NCBI RefSeq assembly: GCF_035555815.1
Contig: NZ_DATMGG010000184.1
Coordinates: 11,088-75,087 of the forward strand
Length of the DNA: 64,000 bases
DNA from: Sphingomonas sp.
GTDB taxonomy: Bacteria > Pseudomonadota > Alphaproteobacteria > Sphingomonadales > Sphingomonadaceae
Direction of reading: 5' to 3'
In this document: positions 46,907-56,780 of the stretch, in pieces
Position numbering within the stretch: the stretch's first letter is position 1
How the letters are laid out: each line of letters starts with the position of its first letter
Position numbers and translations under genes: made by a program
The notes under the pieces: generated by a model
What the model was told of the DNA's origin: nothing
Database searches by the model: none
The model's input: only the letters and a program-made list of their open reading frames with translations

Positions 46907-47797
46907 ATGGAAAATTTCGCCGCACCCGCCCGTCCGATCGTCGCCAGCATGGCCGCCGCCGCCGCCGCCGCGCCGCAGCGCGCGGTCGCGTTTCAGGGCG
47001 CGCCGGGCGCCAACAGCCACATCGCCGCGCTGGAGGTGTTTCCCGACGGCCTGCCGCTGCCGTGCTTCGATTTCTCCGACGCGATCGAGGCGGTGCAGGA
47101 CGGGACGGCCGATCGCGCGATCATCCCGATCGAGAATTCGCTGCACGGCCGGGTCGCCGACATCCATTTCCTGCTGCCCGAATCGGGGCTGGTGATCACC
47201 GGCGAGCATTTCCTGCCGATCCGCTACGCGCTGATGGGGCCGGGCCCGCAGGAGGCGGTGAAGGAGGCGATGAGCCATCCGCAGGCGCTCGGCCAGTGCC
47301 GCCACTGGCTGCGCGCCAACGGCATTTCGCCGATCGCCTATCCCGATACCGCCGGCGCGGCGGCGATGGTGGCGGAACTGGCCGATCCGACGGTGGCGGC
47401 GCTCGCCCCGCCCGGCGCGGCGGCGATCTACGGGCTTCAGACGCTGGCGGGCGAGATCGCCGATTCGGACGACAACACCACCCGGTTCGTCCTGCTGGAA
47501 CGCGAGCCCCGTCCGCTGGCGGGCGACGGACCGTTCATGACGACCTTCATCTTCGAGGTGAAGAACATCCCCGCCGCGCTGTACAAGGCGCTGGGCGGCT
47601 TCGCGACCAACGGCGTCAACATGACCAAGCTGGAAAGCTACCAGCGCGGCGCCAGCTTCGCCGCGACCGAATTCTACGCCGACATCGTCGGCCGCCCCGG
47701 CGATCCTGCGGTCGATCGCGCGCTGGAGGAACTGGGCTTCCACACCAAATGGGTGCGGCTGCTCGGCACCTATCCGCAGGCCCGCGCGCGGCCGTAG
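46907..47797 (+). CDS. pheA: Prephenate dehydratase
   Basis: FQG.PGANS, PIENS..G, SHPQALGQC, NTTRF, ACT domain NMTKLES. Confidence 0.95.
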   Translation: MENFAAPARPIVASMAAAAAAAPQRAVAFQGAPGANSHIAALEVFPDGLPLPCFDFSDAIEAVQDGTADRAIIPIENSLHGRVADIHFLLPESGLVITGEHFLPIRYALMGPGPQEAVKEAMSHPQALGQCRHWLRANGISPIAYPDTAGAAAMVAELADPTVAALAPPGAAAIYGLQTLAGEIADSDDNTTRFVLLEREPRPLAGDGPFMTTFIFEVKNIPAALYKALGGFATNGVNMTKLESYQRGASFAATEFYADIVGRPGDPAVDRALEELGFHTKWVRLLGTYPQARARP

Positions 47798-47808
47798 CCC
47801 CCCTTCCA

Positions 47809-47906
47809 CCGTCATTCCCGCGCAGGCGGGAATCGGTTCGCGGAGGGGGTGCGGCCCTTTCAGTGAGGCCAGCCTGAACGGATTCCCGCCTGCGCGGGAA
47901 TGACGG
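47809..47906. repeat. CGTC-tagged REP doublet (family B)
   Basis: CCGTCATTCCCGCGCAGGCGGGAATC ... GATTCCCGCCTGCGCGGGAATGACGG, perfect 26-bp inverted repeat. Confidence 0.92.
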
Positions 47907-47947
47907 ATTGGTGGATTGGTGGATTGGTGGATTGGTGGATTGGTGGA
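47905..47947. repeat. (GGATTGGT)5.4 simple tandem repeat
   Basis: Five perfect 8-mers plus GGA, starting at the REP end. Confidence 0.95.
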
Positions 47948-47960
47948 GGGGGTGGAGACC

Positions 47961-48887
47961 CTACCCGCGCTCGACCCACGCCGTCAGCAGCGTGTGGGCG
48001 ATCGCGTAGCGCGGCGGCGGCAGGAACGGGGCGGCATCGTCGCCGGCCAGCGCGGCGCGGGCCTCGGCGCGCGTCACCCAGATCGCGTCCTCCAGCTCGT
48101 TGGTGTCGAGCGTCAGTGCATCCGATTCGGCGGTCGCGAAACAGCCGATCATCAGCGATCCGGGAAACGGCCACGGCTGGCTGGCGATATAGCGGACGCC
48201 GCCGACGCGCACCCCGGCCTCCTCATGGATCTCGCGCGCCACCGCTTCCTCGATCGTCTCGCCCGGCTCGACGAAGCCGGCCAGCGCCGAATAGCGCCGC
48301 GCCGGCCAGCCCGGCCCACGCCCCAGCAGCGCGCGGCCGTCGTGCTCGGCGATCATGATCGCGACCGGGTCGACGCGCGGATAATGTTCGGCCGCGCAAT
48401 CGGGGCATTGCCGCGCCCATCCGCCCCGGATCAGGCCGGTGCCCGCGCCGCACACCGCGCAGTGCCTATGGCGCGCGTGCCAGTCGGCCAGGTGGCGCGC
48501 GGCGGCGAACACCGCCGCTTCCTCGTCGCGCATCCGCGCCAGCATCGCGAACAGCGCCGGCGAGCGGCCGACGCCGGCGGGGTCGCCCGGCCGGCTCTCC
48601 GCGAAATGCGGCCGGCCGCGATCGTCGAGGCCGAGGAACAGCAGCGCGCCGTCCTCGTCCGCGTCGGCCAGGCTGGTCCACACCAGCCGCCCGTCGGCGT
48701 CGATCGCCGGGTCGAATCCGCCGTCGAGCTTGAGCAGCCGCGCGCGCCAGTCGCCCGCCGCCGCCGCCAGCGCGTCGGGATCGGTACGGACATGATCGGC
48801 GCGGTCGAGCCAGCCGCCGGTGAAGCCGGGACGCGGGGTCGCCGGCGCCGGGGTCACGGATGCCGGGCTCACGGGCGCCAGCGTCAC
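47961..48887 (-). CDS. nudC: NAD(+)/NADH diphosphatase NudC
   Basis: C..CG...C..C zinc ribbon, YPR.DP, AGFVEPGE..EEAV.RE..EE.G Nudix box, SQPWPFP.S. Confidence 0.94.
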   Translation of the reverse strand: MTLAPVSPASVTPAPATPRPGFTGGWLDRADHVRTDPDALAAAAGDWRARLLKLDGGFDPAIDADGRLVWTSLADADEDGALLFLGLDDRGRPHFAESRPGDPAGVGRSPALFAMLARMRDEEAAVFAAARHLADWHARHRHCAVCGAGTGLIRGGWARQCPDCAAEHYPRVDPVAIMIAEHDGRALLGRGPGWPARRYSALAGFVEPGETIEEAVAREIHEEAGVRVGGVRYIASQPWPFPGSLMIGCFATAESDALTLDTNELEDAIWVTRAEARAALAGDDAAPFLPPPRYAIAHTLLTAWVERG

Positions 48888-50209
48888 GGACGATGGTCGG
48901 CGTACAGCGCCTGGATCACGTCGGCGCGCAGCGGCCATTTGTCCGACGGGAAGTAATTGACCATGATCGTCCCGCGCAGCTTGCGCGTCGGATCGACCCA
49001 GGCAACCGTGCCCGCCGCGCCGCCCCAGCCATAGGTGCCCTTGCCGGCACCCCCCGGCACGTCGCGCAGATAGACCGATCCGCCCGCGCCATAGCCCTGC
49101 AGCGGATTGGTATCGCCGCCGGTGCCCCCGGCCACCCCGCTGAACGTCACCCCCGCCGGCAGCAGGTTCGACATCGCCACCGCGACGGTCTGCGCCTTCA
49201 TCACCCGCACGCCGTCGACCGCGCCGCCGCCGGCCAGCATCTGGAGGAAGCGATCGTAATCGCGCGCCGACATCACCAGCCCCGCGCCGCCATAGGGAAA
49301 GCTCGGCGGCTGGAGATAGACCGAGGTCGCCGCCGGATCGAACGGCACGCGATTGTCGCCGACCCAGGCATAGTTGTCGGCCAGTCGCCCGACGTCGGCC
49401 TGCGGCACCGTCCAGAACGTCGATCGCATCCCCAGCGGGCCGAACATCCGCTGTTGCAGGAACGCGTCGAAGCTCATCCCGCTCGCCTTCTCGATCACCG
49501 CGCCCATCACGTCGAGCCCGATCGAATAGCTCCACACCGTCCCCGGATCGGCGATCAGCGGCAGCGTCGCCACCCGCTCGGCGAACGCCTGGAGCGTTTC
49601 CGGGCGGACCTTGCGCATGTCCGGCTCCATCCCGGCGTTGACCTGCGCCGGGTTGATGCCGCGCTTGTTGTACTCGTCGAGCAGCGGCCCCTTGGTAATG
49701 ATGTTGTAGCCCAGGCCGGCGGTGTGGGTGAGCAGGTGGCGGATGGTGATCGGCCGCGCCGCCGGGCGCGATGCCAGGCTGTTCGCCGGATCGGTCAGCA
49801 CCTTCATGTCCCTGAACGCCGGGATGAAGTCGCTGACCGGCTGGTCGAGCGACATCTTGCCGTCCTCGATCAGCATCATCGCCGCCATCGCGGTGATCGG
49901 CTTGGTCATCGAATAGACCCGCCACAGGCTGTCGGGGGAGGCGGGGGCGGCACCGGCCGCGCTGCCGACGCGTCCGGCGACGATGAAGCTCGGCGGGGCG
50001 GTGCCCTCGCCGATCGCGGCGACGACGCCCGGCGTCTTGTCCTCGGCGACATAGCGGTCGAGCAGCGTCTTGAGCGCGGGATACTGGCCGATCGCGGCGG
50101 GGGCCGCCGCCGGAGGGGCCGGCCGGGGCGCGGGTTGCGCCTGCCGTGCCAGCGCCGCGCCGCCCATGCTGCCCGCCAGCAGGATCGCCATCATCAGTTT
50201 CATTCGCAT
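48884..50209 (-). CDS. Serine hydrolase (class C beta-lactamase-like family)
   Basis: Signal peptide; SMTK, LLTHTAGL, W.YS, WGGAAGT; start 50209 or 50203. Confidence 0.9.
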   Translation of the reverse strand: MRMKLMMAILLAGSMGGAALARQAQPAPRPAPPAAAPAAIGQYPALKTLLDRYVAEDKTPGVVAAIGEGTAPPSFIVAGRVGSAAGAAPASPDSLWRVYSMTKPITAMAAMMLIEDGKMSLDQPVSDFIPAFRDMKVLTDPANSLASRPAARPITIRHLLTHTAGLGYNIITKGPLLDEYNKRGINPAQVNAGMEPDMRKVRPETLQAFAERVATLPLIADPGTVWSYSIGLDVMGAVIEKASGMSFDAFLQQRMFGPLGMRSTFWTVPQADVGRLADNYAWVGDNRVPFDPAATSVYLQPPSFPYGGAGLVMSARDYDRFLQMLAGGGAVDGVRVMKAQTVAVAMSNLLPAGVTFSGVAGGTGGDTNPLQGYGAGGSVYLRDVPGGAGKGTYGWGGAAGTVAWVDPTRKLRGTIMVNYFPSDKWPLRADVIQALYADHRP

Positions 50210-51228
50210 CGCTCTCTCCCGAACGCTTCCGCCGCATGAACGAACAGGCTGGGCAGCCCCGCCGATTCCAGATCGGCGATCGGCCACCATTCGCCGTCGA
50301 CCACCTCTTCCTGCGCCGCGATCGTGGCAGCCGCAAGACGGCATTCGAGGCGGAAATGGGTGAAGACATGGACCACGTCCGCCTCCAGCCAGCGCCACGC
50401 CGCCGCCGCCGGCGCGTCGGCCAGCCCCGGCGGCACTTCGCTCCACGGCCCGGTCGGCAGCGCGCGCATCCCGCCCAGCAGACCGCGCGGCGGGCGGCGC
50501 ACCAGCAGCACCTCGCCGCCGCGCCGCAGCCAGAAAATCGTGCCGTGCCGCGTCGGCCGCGCCTTCTTCTCCGCGCGCGCCGGAAACGCCTCGGGCGTGC
50601 CGCTGGCAAATCCCCGGCAATCGTCGCGCAGCGGGCACAACAGGCATTTCGGCGCGCGCGGGGTGCAGATCGCACTGCCCAGGTCCATCATCGCCTGCGC
50701 GAAATCACCGGCGCGGGTATCGGGAGTGATCGCATCGGCATGGGCCGGCACCGCGCCCTTGTCGGCCAGCGCGAACAGCCGCGCGACCACGCGCTGGACG
50801 TTGGCGTCGATCGCCACCGCGCGCCGGCCAAACGCGATCGCGGCGACCGCGGCGGCGGTATAGTCGCCGATGCCTGGCAGGGCGCGCAGCCCCGCCTCGT
50901 CGTCCGGGAAACCGCCGCGCGCCACCACCGCGCGGGCGCAGGCGAGCAGGTTGCGCGCCCGTGCGTAATAGCCAAGCCCGGCCCATGCCGCCATCACGTC
51001 GGCATCATCGGCGGCGGCCAGGCTTTCGACGTCGGGCCAGCGCGCGATCCACGCCGCGAATCGCGGGGCGACGGCGGCGACGGTGGTTTGCTGGAGCATC
51101 ACCTCCGACAGCCACACGCGATAGGGATCGGCGGCGTTGGCACCCGGCGGCGCGCGCCACGGCAGCACCCGTGCGTTCGCATCGTACCAGGCCAGCAGTC
51201 GTCGGGAGAGCGGGGGCTTTGCGGACAC
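50200..51228 (-). CDS. mutY: A/G-specific adenine glycosylase
   Basis: WLSEVMLQQT, W.GLGYY.RARNL, LPGIG.YTA HhH, C-x6-C-x2-C-x5-C Fe-S motif. Confidence 0.95.
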   Translation of the reverse strand: MSAKPPLSRRLLAWYDANARVLPWRAPPGANAADPYRVWLSEVMLQQTTVAAVAPRFAAWIARWPDVESLAAADDADVMAAWAGLGYYARARNLLACARAVVARGGFPDDEAGLRALPGIGDYTAAAVAAIAFGRRAVAIDANVQRVVARLFALADKGAVPAHADAITPDTRAGDFAQAMMDLGSAICTPRAPKCLLCPLRDDCRGFASGTPEAFPARAEKKARPTRHGTIFWLRRGGEVLLVRRPPRGLLGGMRALPTGPWSEVPPGLADAPAAAAWRWLEADVVHVFTHFRLECRLAAATIAAQEEVVDGEWWPIADLESAGLPSLFVHAAEAFGRERCE

Positions 51229-51255
51229 CCGCGCCCTATGGCATGGGTAGGCACG

Positions 51256-51771
51256 ATGCCGAAACCCAGCGTCCCCGCCAGCGATCCGCCGCCGCGCGCG
51301 AATCGCGCCCGTCAGGTCAGCGAACTGCTGCCCGACGTCGGCCGCGCCGCGTTCCGCCGCTTCGGTTTCGTCCAGTCGTCGGTGATCAGCCGCTGGCCGG
51401 AGATCGTCGGGGAGAAATACGCCCGTGTCTCCGCCCCCGATTCGATCCGCTTCCCCCACGGTGAGCGTACGCGCGGCACGCTGACGCTGACGGTCACCGG
51501 CGCGCATGCGACGATGATGCAGCATATCGGGCCGGAGATCGTCGATCGGGTCAATCGCTTCTTCGGCTATGCCGCGGTCGAGCGGATCGTGATCCGCCAC
51601 GGTGAGATCAAGCGCCCGCGCCGCGTCGCGCCGCCCGCCGTGCGGCCGGTGCCGGTCGAGCTGGGCGAGAGCCTGCGCACCATCGCCGATCCCGAACTCA
51701 AGGCGGTGCTCGAAGGGCTCGCCGCCGGTGTCGGTGCCACCTCCATCCCCAAGATCGGCAAGATCAACTGA
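51256..51771 (+). CDS. DciA / DUF721 family protein
   Basis: GF....V..RWPEIVG, TL.L...GA.A..MQH....I..RVN.FFGY; divergent from mutY. Confidence 0.85.
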   Translation: MPKPSVPASDPPPRANRARQVSELLPDVGRAAFRRFGFVQSSVISRWPEIVGEKYARVSAPDSIRFPHGERTRGTLTLTVTGAHATMMQHIGPEIVDRVNRFFGYAAVERIVIRHGEIKRPRRVAPPAVRPVPVELGESLRTIADPELKAVLEGLAAGVGATSIPKIGKIN

Positions 51772-52448
51772 TGCGAATCCTGCTCGCGCTGCTGTTCGGC
51801 GCGCTCCTCACCGCCGCCGCCCCGCAACCGGCCCGCGACTGGCGCACCAACACCGGCGTCGCCCCGGTCACCGGCGGCTTCACCGTCGGCAATCCGGCGG
51901 CGAAGGTCGCGCTGGTCGAATATCTCAGCTTCACCTGTCCGCACTGCGGCCATTTCTTCGCCGAATCAAAGGCGGTGCTGCACGACGTGATGGTCCGCAA
52001 CGGATCGGTCCGGGTCGAGACGCGCAGCGCGGTGCGCGATCCGTTCGATCTGGCGGCGTGGGTGGTGGCGCGCTGCGGCGGGCCGCGCCGTTTCCAGGCG
52101 CTGGGCGGCGCGATCTTCGCCGGGCAGGAGGGGTGGCTGACGCGCGGGCAGGCCTGGGTGCAGGCCAATCTGGACGCGGTCAAGGCGATGCCGCAGGCCG
52201 CCCAGCTCCGCGCGATCGCCGACAACAGCGGGCTCGCCGCGATCGGCGCGCAGCACGGCGTGACCCCGGCCGCGCTCACCGCCTGCTTTACCGGGCAGGG
52301 CACGCTCGATCCGCTGCTCAAGATGACCGACGCGGCCTTTGCCAAGATCTCCGGCACGCCGGGGTTCGAGATCAACGGCACGCTCGCCGCCGATACCTAT
52401 GACTGGGCGCACCTTGAGCCCAAGCTTCGCGCCGCCGGCGCCCGATAA
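51771..52448 (+). CDS. DsbA-family thioredoxin protein
   Basis: Signal peptide; GNP.AKV.LVEY.S.TCPHC; GTP.F.ING. Confidence 0.9.
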   Translation: MRILLALLFGALLTAAAPQPARDWRTNTGVAPVTGGFTVGNPAAKVALVEYLSFTCPHCGHFFAESKAVLHDVMVRNGSVRVETRSAVRDPFDLAAWVVARCGGPRRFQALGGAIFAGQEGWLTRGQAWVQANLDAVKAMPQAAQLRAIADNSGLAAIGAQHGVTPAALTACFTGQGTLDPLLKMTDAAFAKISGTPGFEINGTLAADTYDWAHLEPKLRAAGAR

Positions 52449-52461
52449 GGAGAGTTCGACC

Positions 52462-53214
52462 ATGCGCAATATCCTCGCCCTTGCCGTGCTGGCGCCCGCG
52501 CTGGTCGCGCTCGCCGGGTGCGGCGGCGGATCGGGCGGCGGCAACGCCACCGAAGCGGCGCCGGTCGCCGGCGCCCAGGCCCCCGCCGGCAAGCAATGGA
52601 CCGAAGTGGTCGAAAAGACCGCCGAAGGCTATCGGCTGGGCAATCCCAACGCACCGATCAAGCTGGTCGAATATGGCTCGCGCACCTGCCCGACCTGCGG
52701 CGCGTTCGGCCGTGAGGGGATGAAGCCGCTCGAGGACAATTACGTCTCGACCGGCAAGGTCAGCTATGAATTCCGCGAATTCATGGTCCACGGCCCGCCC
52801 GATCTGGCGGCCAGCCTGCTCGGCACCTGCGTCGGCACCGATGCGTTCTTCGTCATCCTCGAGCAGATGTACCAGAACCAGCTGAGCTATCTCGAAAAGC
52901 AGGAAGCCGCGATCGGCGACAAGGCGTTCCTCGCCAGCCTGGAGGGCAAGCCGCCGGCGGTGGTGGCGACCGGATGGGCCGAAAAGATGGGCCTGATCGA
53001 CTTCATCAAGCAGCGCGGCGTGCCCGAGGCCAAGGCGCGCGCGTGCCTGAGCGATACCAAGGCGATCGACGCGCTGGCCAAGATCACCGGCGACGCCGGC
53101 AACAGCGGCAAGGTCAACGGCACGCCCACCTTCCTGCTGGGCGACAAGCCGGTCGACGGCGTCGTGTCGTGGTCGCAGCTCGAACCCGTGCTGAAGAACG
53201 CCGGCGCGCGGTGA
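52462..53214 (+). CDS. DsbA-family thioredoxin lipoprotein
   Basis: Lipobox LAGC; GNPNAPIKLVEYGS.TCPTC; GTPTF. Confidence 0.9.
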   Translation: MRNILALAVLAPALVALAGCGGGSGGGNATEAAPVAGAQAPAGKQWTEVVEKTAEGYRLGNPNAPIKLVEYGSRTCPTCGAFGREGMKPLEDNYVSTGKVSYEFREFMVHGPPDLAASLLGTCVGTDAFFVILEQMYQNQLSYLEKQEAAIGDKAFLASLEGKPPAVVATGWAEKMGLIDFIKQRGVPEAKARACLSDTKAIDALAKITGDAGNSGKVNGTPTFLLGDKPVDGVVSWSQLEPVLKNAGAR

Positions 53215-53249
53215 GGGTGACGAAGGCGGATTGAATGGCACCAGCCTTC

Positions 53250-53338
53250 CCGTTCGTGCTGAGCTTGTCGAAGCACCGCCCTTCTTCGGCCGCGCGCCGG
53301 ACAAAAGCGCGGTTCTTCGACGGGCTCAGCACAAACGG
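53250..53338. repeat. Family A doublet (dsbA-smc intergenic)
   Basis: CCGTTCGTGCTGAGCTTGTCGAAGCAC ... TTCTTCGACGGGCTCAGCACAAACGG, 89 bp. Confidence 0.88.
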
Positions 53339-53364
53339 GAAATGGTGTTACGCGCGATAACCCG

Positions 53365-56300
53365 ATGCGGATCAAGCGCCTTCGCCTGACCGGCTTCAAG
53401 AGCTTCGTCGATCCGGCGGACCTCAGGATCGAACCGGGGCTGACCGGCGTGGTCGGCCCCAACGGCTGCGGCAAGTCCAACCTGCTTGAGGCGCTGCGCT
53501 GGGTGATGGGGGAAACCAGCGCCAAGTCGATGCGCGGCGCCGGCATGGACGACGTGATCTTCGCCGGCACCGCCAGCCGGCCGGCGCGCGATTTCGCCGA
53601 GGTATCGATCCTCGCCGACGACGTCGGTGACGCAAACGACGGGGGCGGCGAGATGGAGGTCGTCCGCCGGATCGAGCGCGGCGCCGGCTCCGCCTATCGC
53701 ATCAACGGCCGCGACGTGCGCGCCAAGGACGTCGCGCTCGCCTTCGCCGACGCCGCCACCGGCGCGCATTCGCCCGCGCTGGTCAGCCAGGGCCGGATCG
53801 GCGCGATCATTTCCGCCAAGCCGGCCGAACGTCGCGCGATGCTGGAGGAGGCGGCGGGGATCGCCGGCCTCCACGTCCGCCGCAAGGACGCCGAGCAGAA
53901 ACTCCGCGCGACCGAGGCCAACCTTACCCGCCTCGATGAGGTGATCTCGGATCAGGAGGCCCGCGCCGCGGCGCTCAAGCGCCAGGCGCGGCAGGCCGAA
54001 CGCTATCGCACGCTCTCGGCGACGATCCGCGTGGCGGAAGCGCGGATGATCTTCGCGCGCTGGCGTGAAGCGGCGGCGGCGGCGGACGCGGCCAAGGCCG
54101 AGGCGGCGGCGGCCGAGGCGCTGGTCAGCGCCCGCGCCGATGCCGCGCGCGCGGCGGAGGCGGCGCAGGCGCAGGCGACCGAAACATTGGTGGTGGCGCG
54201 ATCGGCGGCGCTGGCGGCGCGTGATCGGGCGAGCGAAGCCGGCCACCGCCTCGCCGCGCTGCGTGCCGAGCGCGAGGGCGCCGAGCGGCGACTGGCCGAA
54301 CTCCACGATTCGGCGCGGCGGCTGGTCGACGACCGCGCCCGCGAGGGCGCGCTGGCGCACGATGCCGCCGAGGCGCTCGACCGGCTGGGCGCCGAGGGCA
54401 AGGCGCTGGAGGCGCGCATCGCCGAGGGGACGACCCGCCTGCCCGCGCTCGACGCGGCGCTGGCCGAGGCCGAGCGCCACGCCCGCGATGCCGAGGTCGC
54501 GCTGGCGCAGGCGCTGGCCGAGCAGGCGGCCGAAACCGCCGATGCGCGGGTCGCCGCCGCCGCGCTCGCCGCCGCGCAGCAGCGCCGCGACCGGTCGGCG
54601 CGCGATCGCGCCGCGCTGGCGAGCGAGGCGGCGCGGCTCGCCGATCCCGAACCGCTCAAGGCCGAGCGCGCCCGCGCCGCCGACGATCGCGCCAAATGCC
54701 TGCGCCATGCCGAACAGGCGCGCACCGCGCTCGCCCGCGCCGATGCGGAGGAGCGCGGCGCGATCGCCGGGCGCGATCACGCCCAGGGCCAGCGCGCCGC
54801 CGCCCACGCCGAACTGACCGCGCTCGACAGCGAGGCGGCGGCGCTGGCCAGGGCCACCCGCGCGTCGGGCGGCGACAAATTGCTCGACCGGCTTCGCCCC
54901 GATCCCGGCTATGAACGCGCGCTGGCGGCGGCGCTGGGCGACGATCTCGAGGCCGGGCTCGACAGCAAGGCCGATCGCCACTGGGCCGGGGCCGATCCGC
55001 TGCCCGGCGATCCGCTGGTCGCCAGTCCGCTCGCCGATCATGTCGCCGCGCCCGACGCGCTCGCCCGCCGCCTGCGCCAGATCCTGGTGGTTGAGCGCGA
55101 TGAGGGCCAGCCGCTCGCGGTCGGGCAGCGGCTGGTGACGCTGGCCGGGGTGCTGCGCCGCTGGGACGGGTTCGTCGCGCGCGCTGGCGGTGCGGCGGCG
55201 GCCGAGCGCCTTGAACGCCTCAACCGCCTGCGCGCGATCGAGGGGGCGCGCCCGGCGGCGGTGCGCGCGGTCGAGACCGCCGACGCCGAGCTGGCGCGGA
55301 TCGATGCGGCCATCGCCGAGGCGCGCCGGACCGCCGCCGAGGGGCGCCGGCTGCTCGACGCCGCCGAATCGGGCGCGCGCGACGCCGCGCGGGCGGAGGA
55401 TCGCGCCGCCGCCGCGCTCGAACGCGTCGATGCACAGCGCGCCGATCTCGACCAACGCCGCCAGCGGATCGAGGCCGATGCCGCCGATGCCGATGCCGAG
55501 GTGGCGCGCGCGGAGGCGGCGCAGGCCGCGCTGCCCGATGGCGCCGTCACCCGCGCCCGCGTCGCGACGCTGGGCGGCGCGGCGGAGGGCGCGCGGGGAA
55601 GCGTCGCCACCGCCCGCGCCGATCGCGCCGCGCACGATCGCGCGGTGTCCGACGCCCGCGAACGGCTCGCCGCCGCCACGGCGGAGGCGCGCGGCTGGAA
55701 ATCGCGCGCGGGGGAAGCGGCACGGCGCATCGCCGACATGGCGACGCGGGAGGCGGCGCTGGGCGAGGAGATCGAGACGTTGTCGGCGCGCCCCGCCGCG
55801 CTGGCCGCGTCGATCGCCGAGGTCGAGGGCGCCCACACCGCGCTGCGCGAACAGGCCGAAAGCACGCTCGCCGGTGAGCGGGCGGCGGAGGCCGAGGTGC
55901 GCGTTCACGAAGCCGCCGCGCGCACCGCCGCCGAGGCGCTGGCGCAGGCGCGCGAAGCCCGCGCCGGGGCCGCCGCGCGGGCGGAAAATCAGGAAACGCG
56001 GCGGATCGAGATGGGCCGGCTGTCGGGCGAGCGCTTCGAATGCCCGCCGCCGCTGCTGCCCGAGCGTGTCGCGTTCGACGCCGCCGATGTCGCTGCGCCG
56101 GCCGAGGAATCGGCGCGCCACGACCGGCTGATCGCGGAGCGCGAGCGGATCGGCCCGGTTAATCTGGTGGCGGAGACCGAACTCGCCGAGCTGGAGGCCG
56201 CCAGCACCACCAACGCCGCCGAACGCGACGAGCTGGCGCAGGCGGTCAACCGCCTGCGCGGCTCGATCGGCACGCTCAACCGGGAAGGGCGGCAGCGGCT

Positions 56301-56775
56301 GCTGGCGGCGTTCGAGGCGGTCGATGGCCATTTTCGCCGCCTCTTCACCACCCTGTTCAACGGCGGGCAGGCGCATCTGGAACTGATCGATTCGGATGAT
56401 CCGCTGGAGGCGGGGCTGGAGATCATGGCGCAGCCGCCGGGCAAGCGGCTCCAGTCGCTCACCCTGTTGTCGGGCGGCGAGCAGGCGCTGACCGCGGTCG
56501 CGCTGATCTTCGCGCTGTTCCTGACCAACCCGGCGCCGATCTGCGTCCTCGATGAGGTCGATGCGCCGCTGGACGATGCCAACATCGACCGTTTCTGCGA
56601 CCTGCTCGACCGCATGGTCCAGGAAACCGAGACTCGCTACCTGATCGTCACCCACAACGCCGCGACGATGAGCCGGATGCACCGCCTGTTCGGCGTGACG
56701 ATGGTCGAAAAGGGGGTGAGCCGGCTGGTGTCGGTCGATCTCGGCGGGGCCGAAAGCCTGCTGGCGGCGGAATAG
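53365..56775 (+). CDS. smc: Chromosome segregation protein SMC
   Basis: GFKSF, GPNGCGKSN Walker A, coiled coils, LSGGE, LDEVDAPLD. Confidence 0.97.
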   Translation: MRIKRLRLTGFKSFVDPADLRIEPGLTGVVGPNGCGKSNLLEALRWVMGETSAKSMRGAGMDDVIFAGTASRPARDFAEVSILADDVGDANDGGGEMEVVRRIERGAGSAYRINGRDVRAKDVALAFADAATGAHSPALVSQGRIGAIISAKPAERRAMLEEAAGIAGLHVRRKDAEQKLRATEANLTRLDEVISDQEARAAALKRQARQAERYRTLSATIRVAEARMIFARWREAAAAADAAKAEAAAAEALVSARADAARAAEAAQAQATETLVVARSAALAARDRASEAGHRLAALRAEREGAERRLAELHDSARRLVDDRAREGALAHDAAEALDRLGAEGKALEARIAEGTTRLPALDAALAEAERHARDAEVALAQALAEQAAETADARVAAAALAAAQQRRDRSARDRAALASEAARLADPEPLKAERARAADDRAKCLRHAEQARTALARADAEERGAIAGRDHAQGQRAAAHAELTALDSEAAALARATRASGGDKLLDRLRPDPGYERALAAALGDDLEAGLDSKADRHWAGADPLPGDPLVASPLADHVAAPDALARRLRQILVVERDEGQPLAVGQRLVTLAGVLRRWDGFVARAGGAAAAERLERLNRLRAIEGARPAAVRAVETADAELARIDAAIAEARRTAAEGRRLLDAAESGARDAARAEDRAAAALERVDAQRADLDQRRQRIEADAADADAEVARAEAAQAALPDGAVTRARVATLGGAAEGARGSVATARADRAAHDRAVSDARERLAAATAEARGWKSRAGEAARRIADMATREAALGEEIETLSARPAALAASIAEVEGAHTALREQAESTLAGERAAEAEVRVHEAAARTAAEALAQAREARAGAAARAENQETRRIEMGRLSGERFECPPPLLPERVAFDAADVAAPAEESARHDRLIAERERIGPVNLVAETELAELEAASTTNAAERDELAQAVNRLRGSIGTLNREGRQRLLAAFEAVDGHFRRLFTTLFNGGQAHLELIDSDDPLEAGLEIMAQPPGKRLQSLTLLSGGEQALTAVALIFALFLTNPAPICVLDEVDAPLDDANIDRFCDLLDRMVQETETRYLIVTHNAATMSRMHRLFGVTMVEKGVSRLVSVDLGGAESLLAAE

Positions 56776-56780
56776 GCGAG

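Noticed and set aside
47961-50675. 904-aa ORF suggesting a mutY/hydrolase/nudC fusion
   Set aside because: Only the last ~308 codons are NudC; the rest is an off-frame read of the serine hydrolase and mutY.
53326-56682. 1118-aa antisense ORF opposite smc, and other long shadow ORFs (e.g. 29325..32270, 37180..39465, 2463..4160)
   Set aside because: Typical high-GC shadow ORFs lying antisense to well-supported genes, with no recognisable motifs.
50200-56775. mutY-dciA-dsbA-dsbA-smc as a novel module (e.g. Wadjet-like)
   Set aside because: This is the conserved alphaproteobacterial housekeeping arrangement; smc is canonical and no jetA/B/D-like genes are present.
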